Source: an uncultured Actinomycetota bacterium
Lineage (GTDB): Bacteria > Actinomycetota > Humimicrobiia > Humimicrobiales > Humimicrobiaceae
Length of the DNA: 32,301 bases
Reading direction: 5' to 3'
Assembly (NCBI GenBank): GCA_964558475.1
Contig: CAZLEB010000004.1
Span: forward strand, 1 to 32,301
The translations under genes were made by a program, and so were the position numbers. Each line of letters begins with the position of its first letter. The first letter of the stretch is position 1. Below, piece by piece: positions 17,720-26,533 of the stretch. Below the pieces are notes generated by a model that ran no database searches, was not told the origin of the DNA, and saw nothing but the letters and a program-made list of their open reading frames with translations.

Positions 17720-18223
17720 TTATTTATTTACTATAACTTCTTTTATTTTATCCCCAATTTCGTCTTTATTATTCTTTCTAATCAAATATCTCTCTATATC
17801 TCCATTTAAGTCTGAATATACTTTCCCCAGAGCAATTCCAAATACACCCTGGCCGCTTTTTAATGTATCTATTATTGCCTTATCGGAATTACAGGCATAA
17901 ACAGTATTTCCATCAGATATTAACGTCAATTTTAAAAGCCCGTCACCGTTTCTGTGGCTACTGCTCTCATATTCATCCAGATATTTTTTTGTTTTTCTTA
18001 ATTTTTGAAGACTTATACCGGCTTCCATCAACTTCTTTATAACCTTTAATTTCATTAAATCGCTAAAACTATACATTCTTCTGCTTCCATAACCCCCTGC
18101 CCCACTTATGGAAGGCTTAATAAAATTAGTTCTGTCATAATAATCAAGCTGTTTGTATGTAATGCCGATTATTTTACATACTTCTACCGAACTATAAAAA
18201 TTTTTTATAATATTATTATCCAT
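17720..18223 (-). CDS. MerR-family transcriptional regulator
   Basis: The N-terminal MerR HTH reads YSSVEVCKIIGITYKQLDYYDRTNFIKPS...GSRRMYSFSDLMKLKVIKKLMEAGISLQKL. Length is 167 aa. Confidence 0.8.
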   Translation of the reverse strand: MDNNIIKNFYSSVEVCKIIGITYKQLDYYDRTNFIKPSISGAGGYGSRRMYSFSDLMKLKVIKKLMEAGISLQKLRKTKKYLDEYESSSHRNGDGLLKLTLISDGNTVYACNSDKAIIDTLKSGQGVFGIALGKVYSDLNGDIERYLIRKNNKDEIGDKIKEVIVNK

Positions 18224-18269
18224 TCCAAAAATTTTTTCTTACTTGTTGTTTACCTTATTATAATTTTAA

Positions 18270-18325
18270 TTACATTATTGTAATTACATTAGTGTAATTT
18301 TAAAATTTATATTTATTAAAGTCAA
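18270..18325 (-). promoter_or_regulatory. Promoter (TTGACT-N17-TAAAAT) followed by two tandem 14-bp palindromes (candidate operators) upstream of the MerR gene
   Basis: On the minus strand, TTGACT lies at 18325-18320, followed by a 17-nt spacer and TAAAAT at 18302-18297. On the plus strand, TTACATTATTGTAA (18270-18283) and TTACATTAGTGTAA (18284-18297) are directly abutting TTACA-N4-TGTAA palindromes. They begin at the edge of the -10 element. Confidence 0.55.
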
Positions 18326-18443
18326 TAGAAGTCTGCATGATGGTTTAGCCTTTCAGAATATAAATAAGATTTAAAATCTGCATTTTTTATATTATTTTGA
18401 TATTATTTAAGGATTTTATGAAAAGAAATTAATAAAGAGTTAT

Positions 18444-18944
18444 TTACCTATCTTTAAAATCATCAGGTTCCACATGATCAAGAAATTTCTTAAATTTTTT
18501 TACCTCTTCTTCAATTGATTGTATTCTTAATCCACCTGATTCTAAAACATGTTCTTCAACATAAATGTCGCATTTACTTCTAACAGCAGTGGCAATGGCA
18601 TCTGATGGCCTCGAATCAACCCTGACAACTTTATTATCTGTATTTTTAATATTTATTATGGCATAAAATGTATTATTTCTTATATCTGTTATCTCAATGT
18701 TATCAATACTTATTTTTAGATTATTAATAATATTAATAATTAAATCATGAGTCATTGGTCTTGGTGTTTTTATGTTAGACATTTCTAGAGCTATTGCAGA
18801 AGCCTCAAAAGGTCCTATCCAGATTGGTAAGTACCTGTTTCCCTTCTCCTCTTTTAAAAGCAGAATTGGCTTTTGAGAAGGCAATTCAATCCTTACACCT
18901 TCTAACGTCATCTTTATTAAATTAGAATTTTTTTTAATTTTCAC
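18444..18944 (-). CDS. Bifunctional-nuclease-family (DUF151/BFN domain) protein
   Basis: The sequence LEGVRIELPSQKPILLLKEEKGNRYLPIWIGPFEASAIALEM....PRPMTHDLI...RVDSRPSDAIATAVR matches the DUF151 pattern. The start is uncertain: GTG at 18944 or ATG at 18911. Confidence 0.8.
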   Translation of the reverse strand: MKIKKNSNLIKMTLEGVRIELPSQKPILLLKEEKGNRYLPIWIGPFEASAIALEMSNIKTPRPMTHDLIINIINNLKISIDNIEITDIRNNTFYAIINIKNTDNKVVRVDSRPSDAIATAVRSKCDIYVEEHVLESGGLRIQSIEEEVKKFKKFLDHVEPDDFKDR

Positions 18945-19072
18945 TTCAAAAAAAATAAAATATTTAGCTGTAATTATATAACACTTGATTGGATAAATCG
19001 ATAAACTATATCTTTATAAGACTTTATGAATATAAAACTGTTAATTTAAAGCCGTTTATGGAAGAAGTATCG

Positions 19073-19687
19073 TTAAGAGTCAGGCCAAATACTGGAACTG
19101 CTTTTTAAAGATTCGATATCTTTTTTTACAGTATCTAATTTCAGCTCATATATAGACTGCAGGTTTCTAAATTTTTGTTTGTAATCCAGACCATAGCCGA
19201 CTATATATTTCTCTCCAATTTTAAAACCGATATATTTAATGTTAATATCAGCAATTCTTCTAATATCTCTGTCCAGTAGTGTACATATTTCAATACTCTT
19301 TGGAAATCTTGATCTAAGGTTTCTTAACAGATAACTTATAGTGAGCCCGGTGTCAATAATATCTTCTACAATTAATACATCCTTACCCTCTATGGATTCA
19401 TCAAGGTCTTTGGTAATCCTGACCACACCGGTAGAGGTGCCGTTAAAACCATACGCAGAAATACTCATAAAATCGATGCTTAGAGGAAGATCTATTTCCT
19501 TAATCAGATCAGCTAAAAATATAACTCCGCCTCTTAAAATACTGACCAGAAGAAGATTTTTATATTTATAATCCTCCGTGATATGCCTTCCCAGTTCGGA
19601 AATTCTGCCTTTAATATCTGAACTGGTAAATAATTCTTTTCCTAAAATACTACTTTTTACTAATTCTTTTTCAGTTTGTTCACTCAA
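19073..19687 (-). CDS. hpt: Hypoxanthine(-guanine) phosphoribosyltransferase
   Basis: The PRPP-binding motif is VLIVEDIIDTGLT, and the family-typical GYGLDY is present. The start is a TTG with no clear RBS, so the exact start is uncertain. Confidence 0.88.
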   Translation of the reverse strand: MSEQTEKELVKSSILGKELFTSSDIKGRISELGRHITEDYKYKNLLLVSILRGGVIFLADLIKEIDLPLSIDFMSISAYGFNGTSTGVVRITKDLDESIEGKDVLIVEDIIDTGLTISYLLRNLRSRFPKSIEICTLLDRDIRRIADINIKYIGFKIGEKYIVGYGLDYKQKFRNLQSIYELKLDTVKKDIESLKSSSSIWPDS

Positions 19688-19717
19688 AATATAGTCAATA
19701 TAATTAAATATAAGCTT

Positions 19718-20881
19718 TTAATATGTAAGCCTCGCGGTATCCTGTATTAATGACACCCATGTAGAACCGCAATTAAAGAGTATTATATTTCCATCATTAT
19801 CCTTATACTTAAACGGATCAAAAACTGATGTTCTTTCCCATGTTCCTTCTATTACATTCCCGTCCATAAAGAAATAGGCTTTACCTATATCGCTTGTTCC
19901 GGTTGTTCTAACAACCATATGACCGGATTCATCTATAGGTCCATCAATATTTGTTATCATTACAATAACATTATTTACTGCAATCTGCTCACCGGTTTCA
20001 TAATCAGTATGCGGGGATCCTCCGGTAAACTTCAAATAATTATTATTTTCTTTATTATATTCGAAATCCACATTAAAATTATCATAAGAAAAAACAATAT
20101 TTATATCTGAAATATCTCCCCTCTCTGAATCAACAGCGTCTATTTTAAATCTTAGAGGAGACTGTCCCCCATCAAGTGAGTACCCGTATTCCTTAGCATC
20201 TTCTTTTAACTTTAAAGTAGACATAAAAGCAGTATGAGCTGTATCTTCTCCAACATCAATTCTACTGTAGTCTCTCCAGCCTGAATCAGTATATTGAACA
20301 TAAGCATCACTATTTCCATCTAGAAGGTCCATATCCATGATTTTTATTGCATCGTATCCTTCAGGATATGTTCCCCAGAAAGCATATATAGGGTCAAAAC
20401 TTCTTGCTATTTCAGCATAATATATCCTGGCACTTCTTACGGGACCAATGATTTCCGCATCATTAGATGAGAATACAGCAACATATCTTGTTACTCCTCC
20501 TTCATCTACCACTTCATAAACCATATCAGCATATATCAGGCCTGACTGAGGTCTTGAATCGGGACTATTTTCAATCATTACCGCTATTGGCCTGCTGCTT
20601 CCCACTGTATCGGATATATTAAGACCGCTTAAGATATTTATATCGCCGGTTATTTCCATTCCTGTAATTGTATCTTCAACTTGTTCCTCTTCACTACTCT
20701 CCTCAGCTGTTTCGGAATCTCCTGCTTCTTCTTCCGGTTCCGAAATAACAGGTTCTTCTTCAGTTACCTGACCCGCTCTGCAACCTGTAAAGCTTAAAAT
20801 AGAAATTAAGGTCATAACCGACAGTACAACCAGCAATATAAGTAAAGAATTTATATGTTTCTTATTATTTCTAAAATTCAA
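19718..20881 (-). CDS. DUF3048-family (YerB-like) lipoprotein
   Basis: The signal peptide has a lipobox (LSFTGC), followed by an acidic linker (EEPVISEPEEEAGDSETAEESSEEEQVED). The DUF3048-like core reads RPIAVMIENSPDSRPQSGLIYADMVYEVVDEGGVTRYVAVF. The TTG start lies 9 nt downstream of a GGAGG RBS. Confidence 0.72.
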   Translation of the reverse strand: MNFRNNKKHINSLLILLVVLSVMTLISILSFTGCRAGQVTEEEPVISEPEEEAGDSETAEESSEEEQVEDTITGMEITGDINILSGLNISDTVGSSRPIAVMIENSPDSRPQSGLIYADMVYEVVDEGGVTRYVAVFSSNDAEIIGPVRSARIYYAEIARSFDPIYAFWGTYPEGYDAIKIMDMDLLDGNSDAYVQYTDSGWRDYSRIDVGEDTAHTAFMSTLKLKEDAKEYGYSLDGGQSPLRFKIDAVDSERGDISDINIVFSYDNFNVDFEYNKENNNYLKFTGGSPHTDYETGEQIAVNNVIVMITNIDGPIDESGHMVVRTTGTSDIGKAYFFMDGNVIEGTWERTSVFDPFKYKDNDGNIILFNCGSTWVSLIQDTARLTY

Positions 20882-20904
20882 TTTGATATACCTCCGCTCT
20901 TATC

Positions 20905-22197
20905 TTATGTATTTCTTTTTAATAATAAATTTCTAACCATTATAGTTATAATTATCAAAAAGTAAAATACTAATAAAGATATTAGTATAAACCTGGACTG
21001 TTTTTCTCCGGCATCAGATAACTGCTGATAAATGTACTCGCTGCCGATATTTTCTCTGGAAATTAAATTAATTTCTGTTATCTTTTTATCATTTATAAAA
21101 ACATCCGTCGAGCCCAGAGCCTTATTTTTTTCAATAGGTAAAGTAATATTATTATTTACCTTATTTTTTATATCTACCATATCACTCTTTATATTTATGA
21201 GCTTTATATAATCAGTATCGGGATATAAATCTATATCTAATACGGTTTGATCACCGGTATTTACAGTTACTGCCGGCTGCTCTGAATCTATAATTTTTAT
21301 ATATTTTAAATTATTATAAGCCCATGCCAACAGTTTTAATGCATCTTTATCTCTCTTATTCTGAGAGCTATCATTTAAAATTACGGTAATAAGCTTTAAA
21401 TCATCTTTCTCGGAATAGAGTGCTATACAGAAACCCGCATTATTAGTACTACCGGTTTTTATACCTTTTATGTAATCATAATCAAGAAGCATGTTTGTAT
21501 TTGTAATATTAATTTCTTCGTTATTTTTTTTAATAGTGTCTTCTCTGGTACCGACAATTTTTCTGAATAATTCATTATTCATGCAGTAACCGGCAATTTT
21601 AGCTATATCCACTGCTGTCGATTTGTGGTATGGAAATCCATCATCCAATCCGTTTGTGTTTTGAAAGAAAGAATCATCTGCACCTATTTCCTTTGCCTTG
21701 CTATTCATCAGTTCTATAAAATCTTCTTCACTTCCGGAAACATATTCTGCTAGTGCAACTATAGCGTTATTATGGGAACTTATAAGAGAGGCTTTAAGAA
21801 GATCCATCAAGTTTATTTTATCGCCAGCTCTGAATTTAAACGCGGAATGATTTCTTCCTGAAGCATTCTTAGAAATCTCAGTAATTTCTTCTAAATTTTT
21901 TATATTTTCAATAGCGACGATCGATGAGAGCATTTTTGTTAAGCTTGCCGGATACATCGACTTTGAAGAATTCTTCTCCCATAGAATATCTCCTGTTTCA
22001 TAATTAACAATTACTGCCGACTCGGCAGCTATGTCAATTTTATCATTATAAAGAGCATCATATGAATCACAATAAATTTTATAAGGGTTTATAAAAAAGA
22101 AAAAAGAAATAAGTAGAAGAAAAATAAGGAAATATACAAATATACAGTATGCCTTTAAATTTTTATGAACTGAAACCGAAGGTCCGCTTTCTATCAT
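20905..22197 (-). CDS. Serine-type D-Ala-D-Ala carboxypeptidase (S11, DacB/PBP5-like)
   Basis: Motifs are SLTK (SxxK), SHN (SxN) and KTGST (KTG). It has an N-terminal signal or anchor and a C-terminal TM anchor (FILISLLVFYFLIIITIMV). Its ATG overlaps the stop of the upstream MerR-like gene (ATGA). Confidence 0.88.
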   Translation of the reverse strand: MIESGPSVSVHKNLKAYCIFVYFLIFLLLISFFFFINPYKIYCDSYDALYNDKIDIAAESAVIVNYETGDILWEKNSSKSMYPASLTKMLSSIVAIENIKNLEEITEISKNASGRNHSAFKFRAGDKINLMDLLKASLISSHNNAIVALAEYVSGSEEDFIELMNSKAKEIGADDSFFQNTNGLDDGFPYHKSTAVDIAKIAGYCMNNELFRKIVGTREDTIKKNNEEINITNTNMLLDYDYIKGIKTGSTNNAGFCIALYSEKDDLKLITVILNDSSQNKRDKDALKLLAWAYNNLKYIKIIDSEQPAVTVNTGDQTVLDIDLYPDTDYIKLINIKSDMVDIKNKVNNNITLPIEKNKALGSTDVFINDKKITEINLISRENIGSEYIYQQLSDAGEKQSRFILISLLVFYFLIIITIMVRNLLLKRNT

Positions 22198-22919
22198 TTA
22201 TATTTTTCCAGAAACTTCCTATTTTCTTTTTTTACTAAAAGCTCTTGAAAGTCACAAAGTATTTTTTCCAATTTATTTATAATTTTGATTGCTCTGGTAT
22301 GAGCATCTTTTTTACTGGACATAAGCAGTGGGAAAATTATTTGTTGAATGAATGAGGAATGACGGCTGGCAAAATTTTCAAATAATTTTAAATGTTTTGC
22401 CTGTATTCCGTATTTTGACAATTCACTTACCAGATTTAAAATATCAATATCATCTTTCCCTAAGACATATTTTCCATCTTCTTCACTCCAATCAACAATT
22501 TCATTTTTCATTAAGTCATTTATAAAAGATACTGATAATTTAAATTTCTTGCTGATATCATCCGGAGAAAATAATTTTGGTCCATATTCAGGCTTGAATT
22601 CTTCACCCAATTTAAGCTGAAGATTTTCTATAGACTTACCTTCACTAATAAACTTTTTAAAATCCCTTGATTTCAGCTTCTCTTTAATAACATCTAAGGG
22701 CATATAAAGATCCTTTTGCATCTTTAATATAAAACTTAATTTTTCTATATCATACCTGTAAAAGATCCTATATTTGTTCAATGCCCTTTTAGGTGACAGG
22801 AGACCTTCGGATTCTAAGAACCTGAGCTTACTATCAGTTAAACCAGGATATAGTTTTTTTAAATTTTTTACTACCTTACCTATGGTAAGATATTTTTTTT
22901 CCGGTACTTCTTTATTCAT
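22194..22919 (-). CDS. MerR-like HTH protein with an extended C-terminal domain
   Basis: The N-terminus reads TIGKVVKNLKKLYPGLTDSKLRFLESEGLLSPKRALNKYRIFYRYDI. From memory, the ..SKIRFLE.EGL..P.R pattern belongs to the MerR-like proteins encoded next to GarA/OdhI in Actinobacteria. Its start codon directly abuts the FHA gene stop (TAAATG). Confidence 0.72.
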   Translation of the reverse strand: MNKEVPEKKYLTIGKVVKNLKKLYPGLTDSKLRFLESEGLLSPKRALNKYRIFYRYDIEKLSFILKMQKDLYMPLDVIKEKLKSRDFKKFISEGKSIENLQLKLGEEFKPEYGPKLFSPDDISKKFKLSVSFINDLMKNEIVDWSEEDGKYVLGKDDIDILNLVSELSKYGIQAKHLKLFENFASRHSSFIQQIIFPLLMSSKKDAHTRAIKIINKLEKILCDFQELLVKKENRKFLEKYK

Positions 22920-23333
22920 TTAACCCTTCTTGCCAGGACTGAAAAATAAGAATATATATTTACCAATCTGTATTCTATCACCGTCTTTCAATACTGCATC
23001 ATCAACTATTTCACCATTTATATAACTTCCATTCAAGCTTCCTGCATCTTTTATATTAAAATATTCACCATATTTCTTAAGCACCGCATGCTTCCTGGAA
23101 ACAGTTATATCATCAAGAAATATATCCGATTCAGGGTTTCTTCCAATAGTGAGTTTGGACTTATTTATTAAAAACTTATCCCCTATGTTGGGACCCTTTA
23201 TAATTACCAGACCACTGCTTCCTGCCGGTATCTTCTTTATATCTTCTAATATATTGCTGGATACCTCCTCAATATGTTCGATTCTCTTATCTTTAATAGA
23301 TTCAGTTTTGTTACTCTCTGATTTATGTTCCAT
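22920..23333 (-). CDS. FHA-domain protein (GarA/OdhI-like architecture)
   Basis: The C-terminal FHA core reads LTIGRNPESDIFLDDITVSRKHAVL....FNIKDAGSLNGSYINGE...DAVLKDGDRIQIGKYIF. It follows an N-terminal tail of about 40 aa rich in Ser/Thr and charged residues. Length is 137 aa. Confidence 0.85.
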   Translation of the reverse strand: MEHKSESNKTESIKDKRIEHIEEVSSNILEDIKKIPAGSSGLVIIKGPNIGDKFLINKSKLTIGRNPESDIFLDDITVSRKHAVLKKYGEYFNIKDAGSLNGSYINGEIVDDAVLKDGDRIQIGKYIFLFFSPGKKG

Positions 23334-23341
23334 AATTTTTC

Positions 23342-23941
23342 CTAACCTATTAATTTATTAATTTTATTTTTATTAGTGGACTCCACATAACATCTAATAA
23401 GTGGTTCCGTACCGGACGGTCTTATCAGAAGCCAGCTTTTATCTTCAAATAATAATTTTGATCCATCCACTGTGTTAACCCCTATGACTTTTTTATTTTT
23501 GATCAATTCGCCTTTTAGACTTGAAAAATAATCAATGATTTTTTCTTTTTTAGACTCATGTACCATTATATCTAATCTGGTATTATAAAATGTGCCAAAA
23601 TTATTATAAATCTCATTTAAATAATCAGATAAATAAAAATTCCTTCTGTGCTTATTAAGATATGATTGAATCTCAATTAAGAGAAGACCTGCAAGAAGAC
23701 CGTCTTTTTCTGGAATATGGCCTTTTACGCTCAATCCCCCGCTCTCCTCTCCACCTATTATTATATTACCTTTTAACATTTCTTTCGCTATATATTTAAA
23801 TCCAACTGGTTTTTCAATTACTTTTATATTATTTTTAGCTGCAATCTCATAAATAAGGTGCGTGTTGGCAACAGTTCTAACTACTGAATTCTGCACATTG
23901 TATCTCCCAATTTCTGTAAAGTAATTATTTTTTTCTTCCAC
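23342..23941 (-). pseudogene. C-terminal fragment (domains III-IV only) of an alpha-D-phosphohexomutase (PGM/PMM family)
   Basis: The 199-aa ORF contains the sugar-binding loop GGEESGG and the phosphate-binding loop IRPSGTEPLIRCYVES. It lacks the roughly 250 N-terminal residues that carry the catalytic phosphoserine and the Mg-binding loop. It has a GTG start, and only 77 bp separate it from tRNA-Pro. Confidence 0.6.
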
Positions 23942-24018
23942 TCTTCTTGAACTGACAGGTAAATTTAAAATATTGAAATTTTTAATAAAATAATATTCTT
24001 TATTTTAAATATAATATA

Positions 24019-24096
24019 TGGTCGGGACGAGAGGATTTGAACCTCCGACCCCCAGTACCCCATACTGGTGCGCTAGCCAAACTGCGCCACGTCCCG
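24019..24096 (-). tRNA. tRNA-Pro (anticodon GGG) with encoded 3' CCA
   Basis: The reverse complement folds as a cloverleaf. The acceptor stem is CGGGACG/CGTCCCG and the D stem is GCGC/GCGC. The anticodon stem is CCAGT/ACTGG with loop AUGGGGU (U33, GGG, G37). The T arm is GGAGG-TTCAAAT-CCTCT, followed by discriminator A and CCA. Length is 78 nt. Confidence 0.93.
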
Positions 24097-24143
24097 TCTT
24101 TTTATATTTTAGGATAATACAAATAATTAGTAAAGTTATCAGA

Positions 24144-25178
24144 CTAAGTAATATCTTCAACCTCAGATTTAAACTTCCTTTTCATCAGTTTGTTAACCGA
24201 TTCTGCAGGACTTAAATCTTTATAAATAATCTCATAAATACATTCAGTAATTGGAACCTCTATACCCATTTTTTTAGAAATATTATATACAGCTCTGGTG
24301 GTATTGATGCCTTCGGCAATCATGTACATACTTCCCATGATTTCATCTATTTTTTCACCTCTGGCTATTCTCTCACCAACATATCTATTCCGGCTGTTTT
24401 CACTTATGCATGTTGCTATAAGATCACCCATTCCTGCCACTCCTGAAAAAGTCATTGGATTTGCACCCAATTTAATTCCCAATCTTGCAAGTTCATATAG
24501 CCCTCTGGTTATAAGAGACGCCTTGGTATTTGCTTTGTATCCCAAACCATCGGAGATGCCTGACGCGATTGCTATTATGTTTTTAACTGCTCCGCCAATC
24601 TCCACTCCAATTACATCTTTATTAGTATAAACTCTAAATTTATCAGTAGATAATATAGGCTGGATATATTTTAATACTTCCATATTATACGATGCTGCTA
24701 CAGATACACTCGGTAAGCCACTTGCTATCTCTAATGCAATATTAGGACCAGATAGCACACAAATTCTGGGGACCAGTTTTTCAGGAAGTTTTTGTTCCAT
24801 CACCTGTGACATTCTGAGGCTTGTTCCAATTTCCAGCCCCTTGGCCACATTTAATATACATTTTATATATTTAATGTTTTCCTTAAGAATTTTATAAAAT
24901 TTATTAATTATCTCCCTCAATGCATGTGAGGGTACTGCAAAAATTACGATTTCGGGATTGCCGAAACCCTTTTCCAGTTCCGTAAATGGTGTGACATTTT
25001 CAGGTATACTTAGATCACCTGTATATTTTGTGTTCTTCTTAAATTTTTTTATATTTTTATAAGTGCTTTTACCTCTCACCCATAAATTGATAAAATAATC
25101 TTTTTTAGCAAGAATTACTGACAATGTCGTTCCCCAGCTTCCGGCACCAATTATAGTTATAGTAATTTTTCTTTTCAT
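24144..25178 (-). CDS. gpsA: NAD(P)H-dependent glycerol-3-phosphate dehydrogenase
   Basis: The N-terminal Rossmann motif is IIGAGSWGTTL, and conserved GVEIGGAVKNIIAIASG is present. Length is 344 aa. Confidence 0.93.
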   Translation of the reverse strand: MKRKITITIIGAGSWGTTLSVILAKKDYFINLWVRGKSTYKNIKKFKKNTKYTGDLSIPENVTPFTELEKGFGNPEIVIFAVPSHALREIINKFYKILKENIKYIKCILNVAKGLEIGTSLRMSQVMEQKLPEKLVPRICVLSGPNIALEIASGLPSVSVAASYNMEVLKYIQPILSTDKFRVYTNKDVIGVEIGGAVKNIIAIASGISDGLGYKANTKASLITRGLYELARLGIKLGANPMTFSGVAGMGDLIATCISENSRNRYVGERIARGEKIDEIMGSMYMIAEGINTTRAVYNISKKMGIEVPITECIYEIIYKDLSPAESVNKLMKRKFKSEVEDIT

Positions 25179-25196
25179 AATTTCTTTAGTTTTAAT

Positions 25197-26513
25197 TTAA
25201 TATTTGAACTTTAAATATATAGGTGTACCAATAAAACCGAACTCTTTCCTTATATTATTTTCTATATATTTTCTCAAATTTACTTTTCTTTTTGCATCCA
25301 TATTTGAAAAAATTAAAAAAACCGGAGGTGATGTTTTTAACTGCCTTATAAACTTAATCTTAAATTTCTTACCCTTAAAATAAATACCGGTATTCTCATG
25401 TTCCAGCTCCTTAAAAAAATTTGCAATTTTACTGTCAGGGACCTCTCTATTTCTCTCTATAATAAGCCTATCTATCATCTTTATAATGTTTCCAATTCCT
25501 TTCCTGGTCAAAGCACTTACTTTTAAAAGGGGTATATAACCTGCAAATTTAAGCTTCCGGTTAAACATCTCAGTAACATTACTTAAGGTATCTTCATCCA
25601 CTATATCAATTTTATTAAAAATAATGCAAATACTCACACCCTTTTCTATGCAGATCTCTACAATTTTCAAATCCTGAACGGTGATCTCTTTGGTACAATC
25701 TATAAGTATCAAACTTATATCCGAATTTTCTATAGAACTTATTGTTCGGAGTTCACTGTAATATTCTATATCTCCTCCCTTCACCTTTTTCCTTCTGATT
25801 CCAGCAGTATCTATAAATTTATAATCTCTGTTATTTATTTTTACTATACTATCAATACTATCTCTTGTTGTTCCTTCTATTTCATCGACTATTGCTCTCT
25901 CATCTTTGATTATGGCATTAAATAGCGTCGACTTACCGGTATTCGGTTTACCAAGAATACAAATACGCGGAACAGCCTCTTCTTCATGTTCCCCTATTTT
26001 TATAGAATCTTCTTTGAATTTAGAGACTAGTTCATCCAGCAGATCACCTGTATTTATTCCATGCAGTGCGGATATTTTTACAGGGTACCCAAAACCAAAC
26101 TTTAAAAAGTCTTCTATATAGAAATCTCCTTTTTCGTCATCAAATTTATTTCCGGTAAAAATCACTTCTTTGTCGGTTTTTCTCAGTAATGCCGCTATTT
26201 CTTCATCTAAAGGAGATACAGGTTGTTTTAAATCAACCATAAAAATAATAATATCCGATTCATCAATTGCTTTTTTAGTTTGTAAAAATATCTGCATATT
26301 CATCCTGAGTTTTGATTTTAAATCTATACCGCCTGTATCCAACAAATAAAATATTATGCCATTCCAGTCAGTTTTATAATATTTCCGGTCCCTTGTAATC
26401 ATAGGTTCCTTATGCACTATTGCTTCACTTTTTCTGCATATTCTATTTATCAGAGTGGATTTACCCACATTTGGCCTTCCGACAATAGCAACTTTTGGAA
26501 TATTTCCGCTCAT
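25197..26513 (-). CDS. der: Ribosome-biogenesis GTPase Der (EngA)
   Basis: It has two tandem G domains (GRPNVGKST and GKPNTGKST, each with DTGG/DTAG and NKxD) plus a C-terminal KH-like domain. Length is 438 aa. Confidence 0.95.
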   Translation of the reverse strand: MSGNIPKVAIVGRPNVGKSTLINRICRKSEAIVHKEPMITRDRKYYKTDWNGIIFYLLDTGGIDLKSKLRMNMQIFLQTKKAIDESDIIIFMVDLKQPVSPLDEEIAALLRKTDKEVIFTGNKFDDEKGDFYIEDFLKFGFGYPVKISALHGINTGDLLDELVSKFKEDSIKIGEHEEEAVPRICILGKPNTGKSTLFNAIIKDERAIVDEIEGTTRDSIDSIVKINNRDYKFIDTAGIRRKKVKGGDIEYYSELRTISSIENSDISLILIDCTKEITVQDLKIVEICIEKGVSICIIFNKIDIVDEDTLSNVTEMFNRKLKFAGYIPLLKVSALTRKGIGNIIKMIDRLIIERNREVPDSKIANFFKELEHENTGIYFKGKKFKIKFIRQLKTSPPVFLIFSNMDAKRKVNLRKYIENNIRKEFGFIGTPIYLKFKY

Positions 26514-26533
26514 AGCTTACCGCCTATACCTAA

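Noticed and set aside
18355-18395. AGATTTAAAATCT palindrome plus T-run downstream of the DUF151 gene, considered as a terminator
   Set aside because: The stem is A/T-only with essentially no loop, so it is too weak to call. It is also on the wrong strand relative to the T-run for the minus-strand gene.
24018-24215. 65-aa + strand ORF
   Set aside because: It overlaps the tRNA-Pro gene (24019-24096, minus) and the gpsA 3' end. The tRNA cloverleaf fully explains the GC-rich stretch.
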